In this document: positions 56,304 to 64,000 of the stretch, in pieces
How the letters are laid out: each line of letters begins with the position of its first letter
Position numbering within the stretch: position 1 is the stretch's first letter
IMG/VR virus record: IMGVR_UViG_643348564_000003
Span: 798 to 64,797 of that record
Reading direction: 5' to 3' (one strand)
Origin: a virus
Length of the DNA: 64,000 bases
Position numbers and translations under genes: made by a program
The notes under the pieces: model-generated
The model's input: only the letters and a program-made list of their open reading frames with translations
Databases searched by the model: none
Told to the model about the DNA's origin: nothing

Positions 56304-57376
56304 AGATGATGGACGGCACCGACACGGCTGCCACCACTTTCGCAGACGGCATCTACTTCAGCCTGGACGAGGCGCTCTACCATGTCGACCCAGCGCTTGG
56401 CTCCTCCGACCTGAAGCGCCTCGCGGCCGAGCCGGCGGATTACTGGTTCGGCTCGGTGCTCAACCCGAACCGGCCGGCCGAGGACTCCACGCCTTCGCAG
56501 ATCATCGGCAAGGCGGTGCACAAGCTGGTGCTGGAGGGCGAGCAATCGTTCTCGGCAGCCTTCGAGCGCGAGGCGACTGGCGACGATGTGCTCCGGACGG
56601 ACGCAGATCTTGCCGATTACCTGTTCCGTGAATGCGGTGCGGTGAAGATCCCCCGCAGCAAGTCCGGCAAGATCGAAATGCTTCAGGAGCTTTGCGCTCC
56701 TCCGCTTACCATGCCTCCGGTTCTGGATCTGATCCAGGCCGAGGCCGCCCGCGCCGGCCGCCAGATCCTCAAGGCCGACGACTTCGACCGGATTCGCGGG
56801 GCTGCCGAGAGCATCCTGGCCAATCCGCACCTCGCCGCCTCCTTCACCGGCGGCATGTCCGAGGTGTCGCTCTTCTGGACCGACGAGGTGGACGGCGAGC
56901 CGGTGCGCCGCAAGGCACGGTTCGACTACCTGAAGCCGCGCGCGGTCATCGACCTCAAGAGCACGCGGCCGAGCCGCCCGACGTCGTTCAAGGCGAACTG
57001 CCTGCGCGCCATGGCCGAATACGGCTACCCGGTGCAGGCCGCCGCCTACCTGCAGGCCCGCGCGCAGCTGGCGCGGCTCGCGGGCGAGGGCCGGGTCTTC
57101 GGCGACCATGATCCGGCCTGGCTGGCCCGGGTCGCAGCAGCGCCGGCTTTCGCTTTCGTCTTCGTGTTCTGGAGCACGGGCGACGCGCCGCTGACGTGGG
57201 GCGTCGCGCTCTCGCCCGGCAACCAAGTGCTCGGCATCGCCGAGAAGACCATCGACCTCGCTCTCTGGAACTACGTCGCCGCTCGCCGGTCACACGGCCT
57301 CGACGCGCCGTGGGTCGAGCACGCCCCGCTCGAAGAGATCGAACTCTCCGACCTGCCCGTGTGGTTGTCCCGCTGA
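56300..57376 (+). CDS. RecE-like PD-(D/E)XK exonuclease
   Basis: LGSSDLK, IGKAVHKLVLE, RKARFDYL...IDLKST, YPVQAAAY; next to RecT. Confidence 0.87.
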   Translation: MKMMDGTDTAATTFADGIYFSLDEALYHVDPALGSSDLKRLAAEPADYWFGSVLNPNRPAEDSTPSQIIGKAVHKLVLEGEQSFSAAFEREATGDDVLRTDADLADYLFRECGAVKIPRSKSGKIEMLQELCAPPLTMPPVLDLIQAEAARAGRQILKADDFDRIRGAAESILANPHLAASFTGGMSEVSLFWTDEVDGEPVRRKARFDYLKPRAVIDLKSTRPSRPTSFKANCLRAMAEYGYPVQAAAYLQARAQLARLAGEGRVFGDHDPAWLARVAAAPAFAFVFVFWSTGDAPLTWGVALSPGNQVLGIAEKTIDLALWNYVAARRSHGLDAPWVEHAPLEEIELSDLPVWLSR

Positions 57377-57396
57377 ATCCCGACAGGAGAACTTCC

Positions 57397-58353
57397 ATGG
57401 CTGCATCCACGGCCGTCGCCGAGCGCAATCCGCCCGCCAATCCGCTCGTCCTGGTGCGCGAGCAGATCCAGAGCCGCGAGGCCGAGTTCGCCGCGGCGCT
57501 GCCCGCCCACATCCCGGTCGAGCGGTTCAAGCGGGTGCTTCTCACCGCGGTCCAGAACAATCCGGACCTCCTGAAGCTGGAGCGCCGCTCCTTCTTCAAC
57601 GCCGCGATGCGGGCGGCTCAGGACGGCTTGCTGCCGGACGGGCGCGAAGGCGCGATCGTCGAGTTCAACGGGCGCGCACAGTGGATGCCGATGATCGCCG
57701 GCATCCGGAAGAAGGTGCGCAACTCGGGCGAGGTCTCGACCTGGGAGGCGAACGTCGTCTTCGAGAACGACGAGTTCGAGTACCAGCTCGGCGACGATCC
57801 GAAGATCATCCATCGGCCCGTCCTCGTGAACCGCGGCAAGCCGATCGCCGCCTACTCCATCGCGGTGCTCAAGAGCGGCGAGCGCTCCCGCGAGGTCATG
57901 ACCGTCGAGGAAATCGAGAAGGTCCGGAAGGTCAGCCGGGCGCGGAACGGCGGCCCCTGGTCGCAGTGGTGGGAGGAGATGGCGCGCAAGACCGTCGCGC
58001 GCCGCCACAGCAAGGTGCTGCCGCTCTCGTCGGATCTCGATGACCTGATCCGGCGGGACGATGAGCTGTACGACTTCAGCCGCAAGCCGGGCCAAGACGG
58101 GCAGATCACGGGCCTGTTCCAGCCGGTTGCCAACCCGCTGTCCGACACGATCGAGCACCAGCCGGATCAGGCACCTGGCGCCGATGCACCGCTGGCGGAC
58201 GACGAGGCCGAGAGGGGCGCCCAGGCCGCCGACGATGGTGAGGCCGGCGAGGAGCACGACCCGGCCTTGGGTGGCGCCGCAGACGATTTCCCGGGCAACG
58301 ACGCCCTGAGCGACATGCGCACGGGCCGCCGCTCGTCCAGGCGGGAGGCCTGA
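57397..58353 (+). CDS. recT: RecT-family single-strand annealing protein
   Basis: AAQDGLLPDGRE, AQWMPMIAG, WEEMARKTVARR. Confidence 0.9.
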   Translation: MAASTAVAERNPPANPLVLVREQIQSREAEFAAALPAHIPVERFKRVLLTAVQNNPDLLKLERRSFFNAAMRAAQDGLLPDGREGAIVEFNGRAQWMPMIAGIRKKVRNSGEVSTWEANVVFENDEFEYQLGDDPKIIHRPVLVNRGKPIAAYSIAVLKSGERSREVMTVEEIEKVRKVSRARNGGPWSQWWEEMARKTVARRHSKVLPLSSDLDDLIRRDDELYDFSRKPGQDGQITGLFQPVANPLSDTIEHQPDQAPGADAPLADDEAERGAQAADDGEAGEEHDPALGGAADDFPGNDALSDMRTGRRSSRREA

Positions 58354-58356
58354 CCG

Positions 58357-58842
58357 ATGCGCGCCCTCCCCATCACGATCACGGCCGACGACTCGGGGCA
58401 CTTCAACCTCGCTATCGGGAACGGCGAGAACACCCAGCACGCGACCGGCCTCGCGTGGGACGAGCTCCTCGGCATGGTGGGTGTGCTCACCCACCCCGAG
58501 ATCCAGTCTGCGCCGTACGGCATCAGCAAGGTCCGCGCGGTGGCCGCTCCGGAGCGGGGCGAGGTCGCTCCCGATGTGGTTCCGTGCGTCCCACGGCGCG
58601 AGGAGCCGCCGGCGCCGGACATGGCGGAGATCCGCCTGCCAGCCGAGACGGCTTACCAGATCGCGGCCGGCCTCGCCGACCTGCTCTGGTGGGCGAAGGG
58701 TTTCAACGCCGCGCGTCCGACCGATGCCACGACCACCGACGATCGCGCACCGTGCCTCGAGCGACTGCGTGAGGTGCGCAGCCTTCTCCTCGGTGCCGCC
58801 AATGCGGCGCGCGGGGTGAAGGACGCCGAGATCCTGTTCTGA
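58357..58842 (+). CDS. Hypothetical protein
   Basis: 161-aa ORF in operon. Confidence 0.6.
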   Translation: MRALPITITADDSGHFNLAIGNGENTQHATGLAWDELLGMVGVLTHPEIQSAPYGISKVRAVAAPERGEVAPDVVPCVPRREEPPAPDMAEIRLPAETAYQIAAGLADLLWWAKGFNAARPTDATTTDDRAPCLERLREVRSLLLGAANAARGVKDAEILF

Positions 58843-58852
58843 GGGCGCTGCG

Positions 58853-59299
58853 ATGCTCAGCACCACCGCGCCCCAGGCCGTCCGCCACAACATCCGCTCG
58901 CGCCGCGCCCATGCGGCGCGCGAGGCGGCGGAGCGGCCTGTCCTGCCGCTGCCGACGATCATCATCGTGAAGGCCTGCGGCTACGACACCGCGCTCGCCA
59001 ACCCCGGCGCCGTGGTGCTGGACAAGGCTTATCGCTGCCTCCGGTGCGGCCGGCATCGCCTCGACCTCCGTCAGGTCGGCACGTTCGAGCTGCTCGCCTT
59101 CCTGTTCAGCGAGCGGGTCGGGCTCGCGGTGAGCCGCGCCGAGGCCATGGCTGCGGCCCGGCCCGGCAAGCCGATGAGCGACGCCCGGCAATCCCAGCTC
59201 GTGCGCCGCGCCAACGCGGTGCTCGCCCGTCTACACCTGCACATCGAGACCATCTGGGGCGGCTCCCTCCGCCTCGTCGCCATCCCGGGAGACGCCTGA
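58853..59299 (+). CDS. Winged-helix (OmpR C-terminal-like) DNA-binding protein
   Basis: ELLAFLFSERVGLAVSRAE...VRRANAVL...IETIWGGSLRL. Confidence 0.55.
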   Translation: MLSTTAPQAVRHNIRSRRAHAAREAAERPVLPLPTIIIVKACGYDTALANPGAVVLDKAYRCLRCGRHRLDLRQVGTFELLAFLFSERVGLAVSRAEAMAAARPGKPMSDARQSQLVRRANAVLARLHLHIETIWGGSLRLVAIPGDA

Positions 59300-59301
59300 C
59301 C

Positions 59302-59718
59302 ATGCGCGCTGCTGATCTCCGCGAATTCGACTTTCCGAGCCTCGCCGACGCCGCCCGCAAGGAAGCGGATAAGCACAGTGCCGAGCTCGCGCAGGCGTTC
59401 GAGTGGCAATCGACACTCATCGGTAATTGGCCGGGCCAGCATCGAGACCTGAAGCGGATGCGCGCGCACGCCACGGCGCAACGGGACGACCTGCGCCGGC
59501 TCCAGGACTTTGCCGAGTTCTATGGGCTCTACGCCGACCGGCTGCAGCCGATCATCGAGGCGCTGGAGGCGGGCCAGGAGGTCGTGATCCAGCAGAGCCG
59601 GGCGACCGAACTGGTGCGGCCGCGCAGCGCACCGGTGCGGGCCCACTGGCCGGTGATGCGGCGGCCCGGGACGGTGATGGGGCCGGTCGTGGTCGCGATG
59701 GCGGCGGAGGTGCGGTGA
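59302..59718 (+). CDS. Hypothetical coiled-coil protein
   Basis: ORF in operon. Confidence 0.6.
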   Translation: MRAADLREFDFPSLADAARKEADKHSAELAQAFEWQSTLIGNWPGQHRDLKRMRAHATAQRDDLRRLQDFAEFYGLYADRLQPIIEALEAGQEVVIQQSRATELVRPRSAPVRAHWPVMRRPGTVMGPVVVAMAAEVR

Positions 59719-59960
59719 TGCGCTACCGCTGGCCCCGCACTCTCCATGGCTGGAAGACGCTGTTCTGGCTCTCGCTCGGTCGGTGTCCGATCCATCACAC
59801 GCGGCTCTCGATCGACAACCCGCTCTACGACAACGGCCGGTCTGCCTACTGCTTTCGCTGCGAAGGGGTCGCGATCTGGCCGCAGCGCGCCCGTGAGGCG
59901 TTGCGGCAGAACACGCTCGCTGTCGAAGCGCGCGAGGCGCCTGCCGAGGAGGGCCGCTGA
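59718..59960 (+). CDS. Small Cys/His-containing protein
   Basis: TGATG coupling; CPIH...CFRC. Confidence 0.55.
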   Translation: MRYRWPRTLHGWKTLFWLSLGRCPIHHTRLSIDNPLYDNGRSAYCFRCEGVAIWPQRAREALRQNTLAVEAREAPAEEGR

Positions 59961-59961
59961 A

Positions 59962-60159
59962 ATGCGCTCCGACCTCGTCGACCTGACGGTGCGCCTGCAC
60001 CACGAGACCGCGCGCGCCGTCCTCGTCTCGATGGACGGCGACCGCGAGAAGGCGGTCTGGATCCCGAAATCCGCCTGCGAGATCGAGCCGGACGCGGGCA
60101 AGGCCACCCACACCCTGACGCTGCCCGAGCGGGTCGCAACCGAGAAGGGGCTTGTGTAG
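59962..60159 (+). CDS. Small phage protein
   Basis: HHETARAVLV...VWIPKS...LPERVATEKGLV, a pattern common in alphaproteobacterial phages. Confidence 0.7.
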   Translation: MRSDLVDLTVRLHHETARAVLVSMDGDREKAVWIPKSACEIEPDAGKATHTLTLPERVATEKGLV

Positions 60160-60161
60160 CC

Positions 60162-60719
60162 ATGCCCCTTCTCTACGGCGGGGTGCCGGTCCCCTACACC
60201 GCATCGTGGAGCGCCGAGGAGGCGTTCCGCGTCGACCGCTGCGCCTACACGGGCCGGCCCGCGATCTGCCAGGCCGTCGCGCCCGGCGAGGGCAAGCCCC
60301 GGTTCGGCAAGCCGCACAGCCAGCGGCAGCGCGAGGCCATCGCTCGGGACCTGTGCGACCTGTGCGGCCGGCCGCTGCGCAATCGCACGAAGGTGTCGCT
60401 GTCGCATGCTCGGCCCCGGATCGGCGCCGGCGGCCTCTGCATCATGCAGGTCGAGCCGTTGCTGCACCGGGAATGCGCCGCGGTCAGCCTGCAGCACTGC
60501 CCCTCGCTGAAGCGCGACGTTCGCAACGGCGCCGTGGCGATCCGGCAGGTGCGCCGGCATCGGCCGCAGTTCGCGATCATCGATCCCGCCCACGTCGGTG
60601 AGTACGTGCCCGGCTACGTCGCCCACCTGGACGAGCGGATCGTCGGGCACGGCAAGGTCGAACTGATCACGTGGACCGACCGGGATGAGGCGTGGCTGAT
60701 GCGCGCTGCCGCGGAGTGA
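60162..60719 (+). CDS. Cys-rich hypothetical phage protein
   Basis: LCDLCGRPL and HRECA...HCP. Confidence 0.7.
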   Translation: MPLLYGGVPVPYTASWSAEEAFRVDRCAYTGRPAICQAVAPGEGKPRFGKPHSQRQREAIARDLCDLCGRPLRNRTKVSLSHARPRIGAGGLCIMQVEPLLHRECAAVSLQHCPSLKRDVRNGAVAIRQVRRHRPQFAIIDPAHVGEYVPGYVAHLDERIVGHGKVELITWTDRDEAWLMRAAAE

Positions 60720-60763
60720 GAGCCATGCCGATCCGCCACTACAACTTACCAGATGTTCAACAT

Positions 60764-61015
60764 TTACTGAATTCGTGCTTCGGACACCTCATACATATTG
60801 TACAGTGTGACCATCATAATCTGAATAAATTCGACAATCTCTGTCGAATTGTCGGGCAGAGGGTCCTCCATGTAGACATTGAAGCCAGGAAACTCCTCGC
60901 CGAGGCCGCTGGTTACAATTTCAATACGTCGCACCAGATGGCCGTTAGGGAATTCGCGGATTCGGTTGAGAAGAATTGCCTCGACCTCACTGCGAGTTTT
61001 GACCTTGCAGTTCAT
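60764..61015 (-). CDS. Low-GC hypothetical protein, antisense to operon
   Basis: 83 aa in an AT-rich patch. Confidence 0.55.
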   Translation of the reverse strand: MNCKVKTRSEVEAILLNRIREFPNGHLVRRIEIVTSGLGEEFPGFNVYMEDPLPDNSTEIVEFIQIMMVTLYNMYEVSEARIQ

Positions 61016-61182
61016 GGGCTCACCCCCAGCCTATGCCATGCGTCGGACTTGCAGCACGCGGTGTCGGCGAAGCTCGCACAGGTTGCGGTCTGCCGCCGGA
61101 TTACCAGCAACGCTTTAGGCGGTTCCTCGGTTGCGAGGCGGCCGCGTCAGCTTCGCATCCTCCAGATCGCAGGGGTGGCTCC

Positions 61183-61452
61183 ATGACCTCCGCCGCCCTC
61201 GCCCTCACGCCCGGCACGCGCGTTCGGATCATCGGTGGGCCCCTTTGGTCAACGTGGAAGCGGCCGCTCATCGGCATCACCGGACGAATCGAGGAGCCGC
61301 CCGCGGTCCTCCTCAGCCATCCTGTCCACGGAACGCTTGCGGTCTCTCCCGGCCTTCTGTGGTTCCGTCCGGATCCGGACCGCGAAACTGCAGTCGTCGG
61401 CTGCACTTTCGTGCGCGCTGAGGAGCTTGAGGTCATCGAGGTGCCGGCATGA
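61183..61452 (+). CDS. Small SH3/KOW-like hypothetical protein
   Basis: LTPGTRVRIIGG...GITGRI. Confidence 0.55.
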   Translation: MTSAALALTPGTRVRIIGGPLWSTWKRPLIGITGRIEEPPAVLLSHPVHGTLAVSPGLLWFRPDPDRETAVVGCTFVRAEELEVIEVPA

Positions 61453-61534
61453 CCTCCGCCCGCCTCACCGACCCGTTCGCAGAGGGCGCAAGCCGACCAG
61501 CGACGTGCCGCTCGATGCCGTCTTTCCGGACAGC

Positions 61535-61954
61535 TCAATCCAATTGCTGCTGGTGTGAGGTGGCGATGCCGGCCTCATTTCTCACCCACATCAAGGCCAG
61601 TGACCACGCTTTTCTCAAGCGGATACCAAAGAACGCTCGGCGTTTTGTCAATTGCAGCGTGTTAGTTTCAGTTGATGCGCTGCGCGTAATCTGCCTTTCA
61701 TCTACAGCCAACCACAGATCTATAGGCGCGCAGGCTCCATCAAAGCTGATAAAGAAATGTTCGAATTTTCTCTGCGGCTCTCCTTCTGAATGTATGAGTG
61801 GAATATTCTTCTCAGAGGCAGTAACCCGACCGAAGAACGTAACACCGTTCATGATCAGAATTGCGCATGAGGCTTCGTCGTCGCGACCCATCATGGTCAT
61901 CCCCCCAGGATGTAGCCGCACCGACAACGTTTCCGGTTGCAGGCCGTGCCACAC
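61535..61954 (-). CDS. Low-GC hypothetical protein, antisense to operon
   Basis: ORF fills an AT-rich patch; start uncertain. Confidence 0.45.
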   Translation of the reverse strand: MWHGLQPETLSVRLHPGGMTMMGRDDEASCAILIMNGVTFFGRVTASEKNIPLIHSEGEPQRKFEHFFISFDGACAPIDLWLAVDERQITRSASTETNTLQLTKRRAFFGIRLRKAWSLALMWVRNEAGIATSHQQQLD

Positions 61955-62078
61955 AATCAGGGGTTTTGATTAACGTAGCCTTGCCCGGAGAAGAAACGTC
62001 GGCGGAAGCACTTAGCGGCCTCTCCCGCCTCACCCCGCCCTCAGGGCGCCCCCATCCCTCATCCGCAGGAGCATAACC

Positions 62079-62528
62079 GTGGCTGATACCCAATCCGCTC
62101 CCGCGCCCGTGGCCGTCGACGGCCCGGCGTTCCCACGCTTCAGCGGCGCTGAGGTGTGGGTGCAGCTGACCCAGGAGGAGAAAGCGCAGATCGGCGCCGT
62201 GGCGATCGAACTGGTTGCCTCCTGGCGGCTGCGCCAGCGGGTCTACGAGGACCAGCTGAGCGACATCGTCGGCCGGGCGGCCGAGGCCGCGCAGGTCCTG
62301 CTCACCCGGATGCTGGCCATGGAGGTCTCCGAGGCGCTGCCGGACGGCGCGCTCGAGGCGGAGGACGGCATCACACCGCGCGTCCCTTCGCTGCTCGGCG
62401 GGATCTGCAGGGACTGCGGCTGCACCCAGGAGGACGCCTGCCCTGGGGGCTGCGGCTGGGCCGGCAAGGACCAGTGCACCGCCTGCGCGGCCGAGAACGC
62501 CCCCGCGGCGGGCCGGCTCGAGCTCTGA
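62079..62528 (+). CDS. Hypothetical protein with C-terminal Cys cluster
   Basis: AGGAG RBS; CRDCGCTQEDACPGGCGW...CTAC. Confidence 0.75.
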   Translation: MADTQSAPAPVAVDGPAFPRFSGAEVWVQLTQEEKAQIGAVAIELVASWRLRQRVYEDQLSDIVGRAAEAAQVLLTRMLAMEVSEALPDGALEAEDGITPRVPSLLGGICRDCGCTQEDACPGGCGWAGKDQCTACAAENAPAAGRLEL

Positions 62529-62543
62529 CCCTGAGGCCGCCCC

Positions 62544-62777
62544 ATGGCTGAGTACTGGCGAGACATCGCGACCGCACCGCACGACCCGACCCGCCGCATC
62601 CTGGTGCGTGGCGGCACGTGGGTGCGCGGCAATCAGGAGGTCATCCGGCAGGCCTTCCCGGGTCTGGTGACCTGGGATGGCGAGTGGGTCGTCTGCGACA
62701 ACCTCGGACCGCGCTCGACCATCCGAGATCCCGTGGAGTGGGCGCCGCTACCGGAGGACGCGCGCCATGTCGATTGA
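62544..62777 (+). CDS. Small phage protein (WRDIATAP type)
   Basis: WRDIATAPHD...WAPLPE pattern. Confidence 0.7.
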   Translation: MAEYWRDIATAPHDPTRRILVRGGTWVRGNQEVIRQAFPGLVTWDGEWVVCDNLGPRSTIRDPVEWAPLPEDARHVD

Positions 62778-62899
62778 TCCCGCCCGCGCCGCCCTCTCCC
62801 CATCCGCCCCTGCGTCAGGAGCGGGAGGTCAGCAGAACAAAGGAGGACCAGCCCATGCGCAGGGCTGAGCGCATCCCCAGCCGAGAGGAGATTTGACCC

Positions 62900-63103
62900 A
62901 TGCCGCGCCGGCCTGCCGCCGTGACGCAAGCCGACATCGCCCGCGCCATCCGCGCGGTGCGTGACGCCGGGCTGCCGGTGACCCGTGTCGTGCTGCGGCC
63001 GGACGGCATCGCGGTCGAGACGACCGAGGGAGCTATCACGACAGAGCCGTTTGCCTTGCCGCCGGAGGAGCCGGAGGCTGAGCGTAGAGACGTCATCCTG
63101 TGA
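62900..63103 (+). CDS. Excisionase-like small protein
   Basis: MPRRPAAVTQADIARAIRA; immediately upstream of integrase. Confidence 0.7.
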   Translation: MPRRPAAVTQADIARAIRAVRDAGLPVTRVVLRPDGIAVETTEGAITTEPFALPPEEPEAERRDVIL

Positions 63104-63111
63104 GCAGCGAC

Positions 63112-64000
63112 ATGCCCCGCGAACGCCCGCCGCACCTCGTCCGCGAGATCACCCGCCACGGAAAGCCCGTCTGGTATGTGCGCGTCGGACAGGGCAAGCG
63201 GATCCGGATGCGGGAGACCTACGGCTCCCCGGAGTTCTGGCGGGACTACCGCCTCGCTGTCGAAAGCGGCCAGCTGCCGGCGAAGCAGGCCGGGCCGAAT
63301 CCGGGTACTCTGTCCTGGCTGATCGCCCGCTACGTCGCGAGCCCGGAATGGGCCGACCTCTCCCGGCGGACGCGGACTGGCCGGCATGCGATCCTTCGCG
63401 CGGTCGAGAAGACGGCCGGCAACGAGCTGCTGCGCCACATCGACCGCAAGGCGATTGTGACCGGCCGCGACCGGCGCCGGGACACGCCGAGCGCCGCCAA
63501 CAACTTCTTGTACGCGATGCGCGCCCTGTTCGCCTGGGCCGTCGAGCACGAGCACATCGACCAGAACCCGGCGGTTGGGGTGAAGCCGTTGGCGCGCAAG
63601 AATGCCGACGTGGGCTTTCATACCTGGACCGAGGAGGAGGTGCGCCAGTTCGAGGCCCGCTGGCCCGTGGGCACGCAGGAGCGGCTGGCGCTCGATCTGC
63701 TGCTCTACACGGGGCTGCGGCGCAGCGACGTGGTGGTGCTCGGCCGGCAGCACGTGAAGGGCGACACCTTCACCATCAGGACAAAGAAGACCGGCGCCGT
63801 GGTCGTGCGGCCGATCCTGCCACCGCTCGCCGCCTCGATCGCGGCCGCACCGACCGGCGACCTCGCCTTCCTGGTGACGAGCCGCGGGACGCCTTGGGTC
63901 GATGACAGCTTTGCCAAGTGGTTCCGGCGGGCCTGCGAGAAGGCCGGCGTGCCGGGCCGGTCGCACGGCCTGCGAAAGGCAGCGGCTCGCCGCGCAGCCG
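63112..64000 (+). CDS. Tyrosine integrase (3' end outside window)
   Basis: Translated from ATG 63112: LLYTGLRRSD (Arg), TKKTG (Lys), SHGLRK (HxxR). Confidence 0.93.
   Translation, partial: MPRERPPHLVREITRHGKPVWYVRVGQGKRIRMRETYGSPEFWRDYRLAVESGQLPAKQAGPNPGTLSWLIARYVASPEWADLSRRTRTGRHAILRAVEKTAGNELLRHIDRKAIVTGRDRRRDTPSAANNFLYAMRALFAWAVEHEHIDQNPAVGVKPLARKNADVGFHTWTEEEVRQFEARWPVGTQERLALDLLLYTGLRRSDVVVLGRQHVKGDTFTIRTKKTGAVVVRPILPPLAASIAAAPTGDLAFLVTSRGTPWVDDSFAKWFRRACEKAGVPGRSHGLRKAAARRAA

Larger units (their letters stand above)
1..64000. mobile_element. Temperate prophage interior (lambda-like head, Mu-like contractile tail); ends not in window
   Basis: Complete ordered set of integrase, recombination, immunity, replication, packaging, head, tail and lysis genes. 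Confidence 0.97.

Noticed and set aside
62985-63905. 306-aa ORF listed over the integrase region
   Set aside because: Wrong frame; the integrase starts at 63112 and runs off the window.
1-64000. Many long ORFs in the six-frame track (e.g. 5600-7732, 13880-16300, 26000-27997, 44707-46707, 57271-58965)
   Set aside because: Antisense or off-frame shadows of real genes in high-GC DNA; Arg/Pro/Gly-rich with no motifs.

Overview
The whole window is the interior of one GC-rich alphaproteobacterial temperate prophage; Methylobacterium-like host is an inference from GC content and the MucR paralogs. From right to left it holds a tyrosine integrase (runs off the window) with an Xis-like gene, and a + strand early operon with a RecE-like exonuclease and RecT. 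Next come a CI/Cro immunity switch with visible palindromic operators and a - strand operon (VRR-NUC, MT-A70 methyltransferase, RecD-like helicase, primase-like genes, iteron origin, MucR, NusG paralog). About 15 kb of cargo (28.7-43.9 kb) follows, then a lambda-like head module, a Mu-like contractile tail, tail fibres and a lysis cassette. Both att sites lie outside the window. The most notable observations are: (1) a PD-(D/E)XK endonuclease inserted just before the DPPW codons of the MT-A70 gene, leaving the old 5' end stranded and supplying a recoded one, which resembles intron-less homing; (2) three intact mucR/ros genes plus a fragment, two duplicated with their promoter and bracketing small cargo genes; (3) a low-GC module of exported proteins built around a 21-TPR caspase-like protease with an intact His/Cys dyad; (4) an orphan second small terminase with its own repeated decamer boxes; (5) a lysozyme fused to a holin-like membrane domain; (6) a signal-peptide-bearing relative of the tail fibre; (7) a -1 frameshift site in the tail chaperone. 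All family calls come from motif recognition by eye; no database searches were run.
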